From an uncultured Gammaproteobacteria bacterium (GTDB taxonomy: Bacteria > Patescibacteriota > Patescibacteriia > XYB2-FULL-38-15): a stretch of 64,000 nucleotides of DNA. The notes beneath the pieces are model-generated. The model was given only the letters and a program-made list of their open reading frames with translations. It searched no databases and was not told where the DNA came from. Position 1 is the stretch's first letter; each line of letters opens with the position of its first letter. Of the stretch, positions 57,137-64,000 are shown one piece after another. The stretch spans positions 121,228 through 185,227 of the forward strand of contig OZ246416.1 in NCBI GenBank assembly GCA_965231095.1. The letters are read 5' to 3'. The position numbers and the translations under genes were made by a program.

Positions 57137-58087
57137 ATGGAAAACGAAACAACCTCAATAATTCCAAACTCGACTCAAATCCCGCACCTCATTATCCGGG
57201 AGTGGATGCCACTCCTGAGCGATGTAGATCTGAGGATTCTTCTTGTCGTTGCGGACCAGACGTTGGGATGGATTGAAGATCCGGAAACAAAACGCCGCAA
57301 AGAGAAAGATTGGATTAGTCAGGGTCAGCTGATGAAGAAAATAAACCGCAGCGATCGCGCCATTCAAAACTCACTCAAGAGATTGGTAGACGAACTGAGA
57401 ATTATCCAAGCCCACGACGAAGCGGGTGTACTCCTAGACTCGCCACAAAAGCGCATGAAGTGCGGAGGAAAAATCTTCTACCGCTTGAGTCTTAAACGGC
57501 CACAACAACCCACCCCCGAAACAAGTTCGGGGGCAGGAAAAACCTCAAACTTTTCACCTCCCCCGAAAAATCTTCGTGCGAAGAATTTTCGGGCTACAAA
57601 AGAAACCGGTTTTACAAAAGATAAGTCCTTCGGACAAGCAAGCTTGATTCAAGAATTTAAAAAGGATGTGGATAAGCCTGTGGATAAACCAATCCTGCCA
57701 ACGCGCTACTTCTTCGGGAAATTCTCTCAACTCACCTGGGGCATTCGGCATACTCGGCCGATCTTCGTGAAGTTCAAAGACGGCAATCTGCTCAAGCATG
57801 CGCTGCGCCATCTCACTGAATTTCAACTTGAGATGGAGCTCGTGTGGTTTTTGCAAAACAAGCGAGAGATGAAACCGACAATCGGTGCGGCTTTATGCAA
57901 AGAAGTCATCGACGATTTTATTCAGGCAAGCCTAAAAGAGTACGGATTCTACAACACGCTAGAGCGAACCGCGCTGCAGTACAGCCGACGCGAACCGGAA
58001 GAAGTCCGTGGCGAAGCTGCCGCAATGGTCGAAGCGCTGAAGAAGCTGAAGGACTCATTTTCAATGAGGCAAACAAACAGCATATGA
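57137..58087 (+). CDS. Putative phage replication-initiation / DNA-binding protein (winged HTH)
   Basis: LRILLVVADQTLGW…ISQGQLMKKINRSDRAIQNSLKRLVDE resembles DnaD/RepA/phage-O type wHTH domains; ends in ATGA overlap with the MTase start. Confidence 0.4.
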   Translation: MENETTSIIPNSTQIPHLIIREWMPLLSDVDLRILLVVADQTLGWIEDPETKRRKEKDWISQGQLMKKINRSDRAIQNSLKRLVDELRIIQAHDEAGVLLDSPQKRMKCGGKIFYRLSLKRPQQPTPETSSGAGKTSNFSPPPKNLRAKNFRATKETGFTKDKSFGQASLIQEFKKDVDKPVDKPILPTRYFFGKFSQLTWGIRHTRPIFVKFKDGNLLKHALRHLTEFQLEMELVWFLQNKREMKPTIGAALCKEVIDDFIQASLKEYGFYNTLERTALQYSRREPEEVRGEAAAMVEALKKLKDSFSMRQTNSI

Positions 58088-59319
58088 GACACATCGATTT
58101 ATTTTCAGGCATCGGCGGATTCGCTTTGGCGATCGAAAAAGTGTGGCCGAATTCCGATCACATCTTTTGCGATAACGATTCCTACTGTCAAAAATTACTA
58201 AAACTAAGATACCCAAACTCAAAAATCTATGGCGACATCAAAGAGATCAAATCTATTACCGACTCCGACTGGCTCGGACTACAAAAGCCGGGGAAGAAAC
58301 AGCAAGCAGTTAGGCGTCGACAATTATTTAAAGTCGATATCCTCACGGGGGGATTCCCATGCCAGCCATTCTCTCAGGCCGGAAAAAGACGAGGGACGAG
58401 CGATGACCGCTACCTCTGGCCGGAAATGCTTCGAATCATTCGACTCACGAATCCGCGATGGGTCATCGCTGAAAACGTGCGTGGGTTACTTACTATGCAA
58501 AACGGGTTGGTATTCGAACAAGTGTGCCTTGACTTGGAAGCCTCCGGCTACGAAGTCCAACCGCTCATTATTCCAGCTGTCGCCGTCAACGCTCCGCATC
58601 GAAGAGACAGGATCTGGTTTATTGCTCACGCCATCAGCGATCCAGCCGATCGAAAGAAAAAAAGCGGAAAGCTACCTGAAGCGCCAAATAAGCAGAAACA
58701 AAACGGGTCGCAATACAGTCCCGCCCGGCAATCTTTACGAGCAACTCTTGGCTGGGGGAGCAACCGACCTGAGGAAGACATCATTGTGGCCGGTGCTTTT
58801 GGGCACGCCGAAAGCACAAGACAGCCGTGCGGCAATGAGAGATCGGGGAAAACACAATATGGGGGAACAGGTTCAAGAAGCCATCAACGCTCTGCTTCCC
58901 ACACCGAGAGTAAGCGAGGTCGAGGGGGCGCCGGTAAAGAACGCGGAGTTAAAGAATGGGCGATGGAGCAGGATGAATCAAAAGGGCGTGAGATTCGGAG
59001 TAAAGGTGAAAGACGTACTGGCCGTATTGCCTACGCCACGAGCGGGGAATCCGGGAAGCAGGCCAAACAAAAAAGGCGGAAAGATTTTGAACGAGGAAGT
59101 TGGGAAAGGAATTGGCTTGAAGTTGCAGCCGAACTTTGTGGAATGGATGATGGGCTACCCGCAAAACTGGACGAATTTGAATTATCAAAATCAAGACATC
59201 GGATAGAGAGACTTAAGGCTCTAGGGAATGCGATCGTGCCGCAAGTCGCGACAAAGATCATGCAGGCAATCAAAAAGACGGAAGAAAACTTTGGCCTCAC
59301 TCGAAGCATTCGGAATTGA
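58084..59319 (+). pseudogene. DNA (cytosine-5)-methyltransferase disrupted by two frameshifts (or phase-variable)
   Basis: Frame A has motif I DLFSGIGGF, IV GGFPCQPFSQAG, VI ENV and VIII RRDRIWF. After the A7 tract at about 58657-58663 the protein-like sequence continues only in frame B (+1): PTP-type TRD motifs LLTPSA, LWP…TPKAQDS, LPTPRVSE, and motif IX FVEWMMGYPQNWT. Motif X (RLKALGNAIVPQV) is back in frame A after about 59180. Both frames are open for about 980 nt. Confidence 0.7.
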
Positions 59320-59415
59320 ATGTCCGTGTTTTTCGAGTGGGGCTAACCCACTGTTCGCCTGAGGTCGACAGGCGGTCAAGAAAAGATAAAGAAATTATAA
59401 AGAAAAGTTAAAGCT

Positions 59416-59697
59416 ATGGAACAAGATCAGAATTTACTAGAAACGATTCTGCGGGCAATAGTCAACCACCCTGAACAGGTGGAAGTGACAAGGCACGTAG
59501 ACGAGATGGGCGTGCTCCTCTCGGCGAAGCTTGGCGAGGGCGATGCGGGAATCGTGATCGGCAAAGAGGGACGCGCAATTAAAGCGATCCGCTCAGTCAT
59601 GAACCTCGTCGGCCGCAGAAGCAAAGCTCGTGTCAGTGTTCGGCTCAATGTCCCGGATCTGCCCCGCAATGCGGGATCGGAGTCGGTCTCGGCCTAA
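59416..59697 (+). CDS. KH-domain RNA-binding protein (KhpA/YlqC-like)
   Basis: GxxG loop context VIGKEGRAIKAIR typical of type-II KH (KH_4) proteins; 93 aa. Confidence 0.6.
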   Translation: MEQDQNLLETILRAIVNHPEQVEVTRHVDEMGVLLSAKLGEGDAGIVIGKEGRAIKAIRSVMNLVGRRSKARVSVRLNVPDLPRNAGSESVSA

Positions 59698-59763
59698 CAG
59701 CACATCGGCGACCCCGCCGCTACGAACGGGACAAAGACACAAAACCCGTTAACTCAAACAGCT

Positions 59764-60069
59764 ATGAACCGTACCCAAAAAGGAAAAATCATTGAACAAA
59801 AAGCCCAGGCCCTTCTCGTTCAGGAAGGCTACTGGATCGAGAAGGCTCGGCGCGCAAAGTTCCAACAGCAAGACCTATTCGGGTGCTGGGACTTGATGGC
59901 TGTCGGCAAAAAAGAAATTCGCTTTATTCAGGTTAGCTCGGAGCGTTTCAGTTCCAGGTCGAGGGCAGACCAAGAGCGAATGCTTGCATTCCCAAAGCCA
60001 GTAAACACCACAAAGGAATATTGGCGATGGAATGAAAAGACGGACAAATTCGAAATTATAACGATATGA
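59764..60069 (+). CDS. Putative PD-(D/E)XK-fold nuclease (Hjc/VRR-NUC-like)
   Basis: EGYWIEKARR…QDLFGCWDLMAV…IRFIQVS spacing resembles E…D…(E/Q)xK resolvase cores, but the final Lys is not conserved. Confidence 0.3.
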   Translation: MNRTQKGKIIEQKAQALLVQEGYWIEKARRAKFQQQDLFGCWDLMAVGKKEIRFIQVSSERFSSRSRADQERMLAFPKPVNTTKEYWRWNEKTDKFEIITI

Positions 60070-60362
60070 AAACAAGACTAGAAACACTCGAGTCAATTCA
60101 CGACTCATTGCTAGAAGAAAAAGTGCGGCTGGAGATTGCGATACGCAACCTTGAAGACCGCGGCGACGATGACGTGGTGATCCCGCGCCTGACTCCATTC
60201 AACACGGAGGGCCAAAAGACCAAGAAAGAATTGGTGGTGGAATATCGGGAACGGATCGAAAAAGTCGAACACGCCATCTTAACAACTGAAAAATTAATTG
60301 AAGAAGAACATGACCAGACTCGACAACCCAAAAAAGAACCCGCTGGCACGAAGAAAGAATAG
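60066..60362 (+). CDS. Small coiled-coil phage protein
   Basis: 98 aa, heptad-rich, ATGA overlap with the upstream gene. Confidence 0.45.
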   Translation: MKTRLETLESIHDSLLEEKVRLEIAIRNLEDRGDDDVVIPRLTPFNTEGQKTKKELVVEYRERIEKVEHAILTTEKLIEEEHDQTRQPKKEPAGTKKE

Positions 60363-60524
60363 GCCACGGCTTATAGGCGGTGCATACATTCCGGCCGACC
60401 TGCTGGCCGAAGCTCAAAAGCGGCGTATTGAAATGGTCGAGCGCGAGATGACAACGCAGGCATACCTTGAACTCCCGCTTCGAAGAAGGGTCCGGATTCG
60501 TATCAAACTATTCTTCATAAACCT

Positions 60525-61796
60525 ATGGAAAAAAATACGAAGACAATAAAAATCACAGACCTCAAGCATCCGGCCTACAACCCGCGTGAGATAAAGCGCG
60601 AAGACATCGATGCCCTGAAGCGGTCAATTGAACGATTCGGATTGCGAGGACTGATTACGGTTAACACCAGCAAGGGACGCGACGGTTTCATTATCGGCGG
60701 CAACATGACCGTCATGGCCCTCAAAGAGCTGGGATGGGAAACAATACCGAAAGAGAATGTGGACTTGGTAGACATGCCGGAGAAGGAAGAAAAAGCACTG
60801 AGTCTTGCCTTAAACAAGATTGCTCAACGGCGCGATTGGAATGACGAGAGGCTGGCCGAACTCATGGTCGAGATCAATCACTCCGACTTTGACCTGACCC
60901 TCACCGGCTTCAATGAAGTGGAGATAAGCAATCTCCTCGACAGCCAAATGCTCGAAGAGCCGGATGAAGAAGATAAAACCGCCGAAGAAGAATACGAGGA
61001 AATAAAAAAACCTGTGTCGAAATACGGTGAAGTTTATAAGCTTGGCCGACACCGGCTTATGTGCGGAGACGCAACCAAGATCGAAGACATCAAGAAATTG
61101 CTCGGCACAACCAAGGTGGATATGGTTTTTACCGATCCGCCTTACAACGTGGCTCACGTCAGTCACGAAAAGCGCGGAAAGTTTCCAACCGAGCAAGGAA
61201 AGATTCTCGGCGATCAGCAGAGCCAAGAAGACTTCGAAGCCTTCAGCGAAAAAGTGTTCGCCAACTACCATGAAATTCTGAAGCCAGGCGCAACGATGTA
61301 CGTCTGCACGGGCTATACCAGCTATCCGCTGTGGTACTACGAAATGCTGAACGCCGGGTTTGAATTTTCCTCGACAATCGTATGGGTTAAACCGTCCTTC
61401 GCTATTGGCTGGGGAGACTACAAAAAACAATACGAACAGGTCATGAAAGCCAAGCGAAGCAAAGGCAAGACCAAAGCTCAGCCACTTATGTATGGGTGGA
61501 AGAAGGGAGAGAGGCACTTCTTCTACGGCGACAACAACGAAAGCGACGTGTGGGACATGCCTCGCAAAGCGATTACCAAGATGGCTCATCCGACCGAGAA
61601 ACCGGAGTGGCTCATTATGCGCGCCATAAAGAACTCAAGCCGAGTCGGAAACGTCGTGGTCGACTTCTTCGGTGGATCAGGAAGCACACTATTCGCCGCA
61701 AACAAACTGGAACGCACCTGCTATCTGCTTGAGCTCGACCCGCGTTGGTGCGATGTGATTCGCAATCGCTGGGAGAAGGTCAAAGTGAAAAGTTAA
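60525..61796 (+). CDS. ParB-like nuclease domain fused to N6-adenine/N4-cytosine DNA methyltransferase (beta class)
   Basis: N-terminal ParB/Srx fold (GLRGLITVN…GGNMTVMALKELG); MTase motif IV FTDPPYN; C-terminal motif I VVDFFGGSGST. Order IV then I implies a beta-class amino-MTase. Confidence 0.8.
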   Translation: MEKNTKTIKITDLKHPAYNPREIKREDIDALKRSIERFGLRGLITVNTSKGRDGFIIGGNMTVMALKELGWETIPKENVDLVDMPEKEEKALSLALNKIAQRRDWNDERLAELMVEINHSDFDLTLTGFNEVEISNLLDSQMLEEPDEEDKTAEEEYEEIKKPVSKYGEVYKLGRHRLMCGDATKIEDIKKLLGTTKVDMVFTDPPYNVAHVSHEKRGKFPTEQGKILGDQQSQEDFEAFSEKVFANYHEILKPGATMYVCTGYTSYPLWYYEMLNAGFEFSSTIVWVKPSFAIGWGDYKKQYEQVMKAKRSKGKTKAQPLMYGWKKGERHFFYGDNNESDVWDMPRKAITKMAHPTEKPEWLIMRAIKNSSRVGNVVVDFFGGSGSTLFAANKLERTCYLLELDPRWCDVIRNRWEKVKVKS

Positions 61797-61820
61797 AGAA
61801 AAGATAAATAGAAAAGCAGT

Positions 61821-62384
61821 ATGACAAAGTCCACACTCACGACCACAAAGATGCCGAAAGAGACAGAGCAGCAATATACTGCGTGGCTTTTATATTGCGA
61901 AGTTGGAAGTATCGGCAAGCTGATGCGCGTGTGGGAAGGGGTTGGACAAAACTTGGATGAAACTTGGATGATTTTCTCCCAAAAGCTAGGCAAGATGCCG
62001 AGTCATACCACCATAGGAAATTGGTCAAAACAATATCGCTGGGTAGATCGCAAAGACCTTAAACTCATCGAAGACCTTGAAGGTATTCGAAAAAAGACGC
62101 AAGAGATTAAGCAAAGAAAGGTTGGAGTTATTGCGGAAATATTCTGGGACAAGATGCAAGCTCTACGCAAGCAAATTAAGAAAGGAGAAGGAGCTACGAC
62201 CGACGAGATCAAGAAATGGTGGGAAATGTTCAGGACTGAAATGGGAGAGTCGCTTGGCAAGCACGAACTTAGCATCAACGAAGACGAGCAAAAGCCTCCG
62301 ACTCCGGAGCAGGAGGAACTGGGCCAAGCAATAGACGAAACCATCAAAGCTTTTTATGGACGAAAAGGAAAAACAAAAAAGTAG
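61821..62384 (+). CDS. Putative terminase small subunit
   Basis: 187-aa helical/basic protein immediately upstream of and overlapping terL. Call is positional, with no diagnostic motif. Confidence 0.4.
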   Translation: MTKSTLTTTKMPKETEQQYTAWLLYCEVGSIGKLMRVWEGVGQNLDETWMIFSQKLGKMPSHTTIGNWSKQYRWVDRKDLKLIEDLEGIRKKTQEIKQRKVGVIAEIFWDKMQALRKQIKKGEGATTDEIKKWWEMFRTEMGESLGKHELSINEDEQKPPTPEQEELGQAIDETIKAFYGRKGKTKK

Positions 62385-63897
62385 CATCCTGTATTGGATC
62401 AAGCAGAATGGAATAAAAAGCGAAAGCGGTGATCCGATCGAGTTCGCCGACCACCGCTTCATGTTGGATATTTATTCCGACCGCACGCCGATACAGGTGA
62501 TACGCAAGGGATCGCAGATCGGAGCGAGCACGATGGAAATCCTGCGATCTGTTCATGCCGCACGCTTTTGGGGCATCAACCAAATTTATACGCTCCCAAC
62601 CGTGGATGACGTGGCCGAGTTCGTAAAAAGCAAAGTGAACCGTATCGTGAAAGTGAATCCCTGCATGCTCGAAGGCGTAAGCGGAAAAGACGTGGACTCG
62701 GTGGAACAAAAACAGATAGGCAAGTCCTTCCTGTTCTTCAAAGGAACCTACACGGAAAAGGAGGCAATTATGCTTACCTCCGATCGCAACATCCACGATG
62801 AGCTCGACAAGTCCAAGCCGGAAGTTATCCGAGACTTCACTTCTCGCATGGGCTTCTCAAAAATAAGAAGCCAACATTATTTCTCGACCCCAACCATTCC
62901 GGACATGGGCGTCGACAAACTATTTGGGCAATCGGATCAGAAACACTGGCGATTCAATTGCCCTCGTTGCAACTACGAGCAGCACATGGATTGGGAAAAG
63001 AACGTTGACCGTGAACGCAGAATATACGTCTGCCAAAAATGCCACAGTGAAATTACATCGCGGCATGTAAACGACACGGGCTGGTGGGAGGCCAGGTATC
63101 CAGGAGAGCCAATAAGCGGCTACTGGATAAGCCAAATGATGTGTCCGTGGCGCACCGCATCCGACCTACTCACCGAAGAAGCCAATGCCGAAGACCAGCA
63201 ATACTTCTACAACTTCGTGCTGGGCCTGCCTTATATCGCATCGGATCAGAAAATTCCGCAGAGCCTATTCCTTCGCAACACAACGAGTGAAGAAGTGGAA
63301 ACATCGGGTTGGAATGTAATGGGAGCGGATACCGGAGACGAAAACCACATAGTCATCGGCAACGCTAAAGGAATATTCTGGATCGGAAAAATAAAAGACC
63401 GGCCGAACAAGACACGCTGGGAATACATGGCCGAGCTGATTCAATTCTACGATGTGCGGGTTTGCGTTATTGACGCAATGCCATGGACGGAAGAAGCATT
63501 GCGCCTGGCCCGCAAATTCCCGTATCGCGTCTACGTGAACTTCTACAAAGACGATCCGAAAATGTTAGAGGTTGTCCGCTGGAACGATGAGAAAGAAGAA
63601 GATGAAAAGCCGTTTGAAGAAGAAGTAAAAGTTCTCACCTCACGAAATAGGATTATCGACGACACGATATCGTCTCTCCGCCGAGGAGAAATAAAATTTG
63701 CCATGAAGCCGGATGACCCAACATTCAAGATGCTTATTGAACACGCGCAAACAATGTATGCACGAACAGTCACAAATCAGTATGGTCAAGAAAAACGTGA
63801 ATGGGAGTCGACGACTGGCGTCGATCACGCCTGGCATGCACTTCTATACTGGCATGTCGCTTTCAAAAAGAGACTCAAGTATGAACCAAACAACTGA
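62356..63897 (+). CDS. Phage terminase large subunit
   Basis: N-terminal ATPase with P-loop-like VIRKGSQIGASTMEIL; central CxxC…CxxC zinc ribbon (CPRCNYEQHMDW…CQKCHSEI); C-terminal nuclease-like region with acidic residues; 513 aa. Confidence 0.65.
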   Translation: MDEKEKQKSSILYWIKQNGIKSESGDPIEFADHRFMLDIYSDRTPIQVIRKGSQIGASTMEILRSVHAARFWGINQIYTLPTVDDVAEFVKSKVNRIVKVNPCMLEGVSGKDVDSVEQKQIGKSFLFFKGTYTEKEAIMLTSDRNIHDELDKSKPEVIRDFTSRMGFSKIRSQHYFSTPTIPDMGVDKLFGQSDQKHWRFNCPRCNYEQHMDWEKNVDRERRIYVCQKCHSEITSRHVNDTGWWEARYPGEPISGYWISQMMCPWRTASDLLTEEANAEDQQYFYNFVLGLPYIASDQKIPQSLFLRNTTSEEVETSGWNVMGADTGDENHIVIGNAKGIFWIGKIKDRPNKTRWEYMAELIQFYDVRVCVIDAMPWTEEALRLARKFPYRVYVNFYKDDPKMLEVVRWNDEKEEDEKPFEEEVKVLTSRNRIIDDTISSLRRGEIKFAMKPDDPTFKMLIEHAQTMYARTVTNQYGQEKREWESTTGVDHAWHALLYWHVAFKKRLKYEPNN

Positions 63898-64000
63898 TAA
63901 AAAAATAGCGAATCCAATCACGGAAGAACAAGCTCTTCTGCTTGTGGAAATCGCCAAAGACTTGGCGGCCGTCGAGGAGGAAGGATTCGGTCGTATTGTG
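63881..64000 (+). CDS. Phage structural-module ORF, 3'-truncated by window end (possibly portal)
   Basis: ATG overlapping the terL stop; 40 codons open to the window edge (MNQTTDKKIANPITEEQALLLVEIAKDLAAVEEEGFGRIV). Confidence 0.35.
   Translation, partial: MNQTTDKKIANPITEEQALLLVEIAKDLAAVEEEGFGRIV

Larger units (their letters stand above)
54165..64000 (+). mobile_element. Prophage-like / phage-derived genomic island (extends past the window end)
   Basis: Abrupt GC rise to about 50-58% right after the secA terminator. All genes are on the + strand with 4-nt ATGA overlaps. Content: SymE/AbrB-like, AAA-ATPase, wHTH replication protein, C5-MTase, KH protein, nuclease-like, ParB-MTase, terminase small and large subunits. 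No integrase seen in the window. Confidence 0.75.

Noticed and set aside
57844-58083. N-terminal 80 codons of track ORF 57844..59319, and track ORF 58229..59206 as an independent gene
   Set aside because: The first overlaps the upstream replication-protein gene in another frame and precedes the canonical MTase start MRHIDLFSGIGG. The second is the displaced middle (TRD plus motif IX) of the same methyltransferase, not a separate gene.

Overview
The window is mostly a low-GC (about 35-42%) bacterial chromosome segment with very short AT-rich intergenic regions. Host genes lack Shine-Dalgarno sequences. The gene content is Candidate-Phyla-Radiation/Patescibacteria-like, which is an inference. 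It carries a 5'-truncated P-type ATPase, mutM, mltG, an ECF sigma/anti-sigma pair, pyrH, rplJ-rplL with an attenuator leader, a reduced mraZ-rsmH-ftsL block, tgt, a membrane-anchored ClpC-like AAA+ protein, a WecA/MraY-type GT4, rplU, recR, dnaB, folD, glyA, an Elp3 homolog, murC, murB, hpf, pdaD and secA. No tRNA/rRNA gene or CRISPR array was found.

Several things stand out.
1. From about 54.1 kb to the window end there is a higher-GC (about 50-58%) prophage-like module inserted directly after the secA terminator. It encodes a SymE/AbrB-like protein, an AAA-ATPase, a winged-HTH replication-type protein, a C5-cytosine methyltransferase broken by two frameshifts (the first at an A7 tract), a ParB-N6/N4 methyltransferase fusion and the small and large terminase subunits.
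2. Short high-GC islets carry strong AGGAGG ribosome-binding sites and encode small membrane or Cys-motif proteins. One is a four-gene small-membrane-protein operon (34.8-36.4 kb) behind a consensus sigma70 promoter, a perfect palindromic operator and a terminated leader.
3. Two single-gene cassettes are bracketed by long terminal inverted repeats: a very AT-rich 284-aa ORF between ftsL and tgt (41-bp IRs), and a DUF559 endonuclease-like gene (about 34-bp palindromic IRs).
4. A dispersed roughly 70-nt palindromic repeat family occurs at least three times, once in the glyA leader.

Non-CDS coordinates are hand-indexed and may be off by 1-2 nt. All functional calls come from motif recognition by eye; no searches were run.
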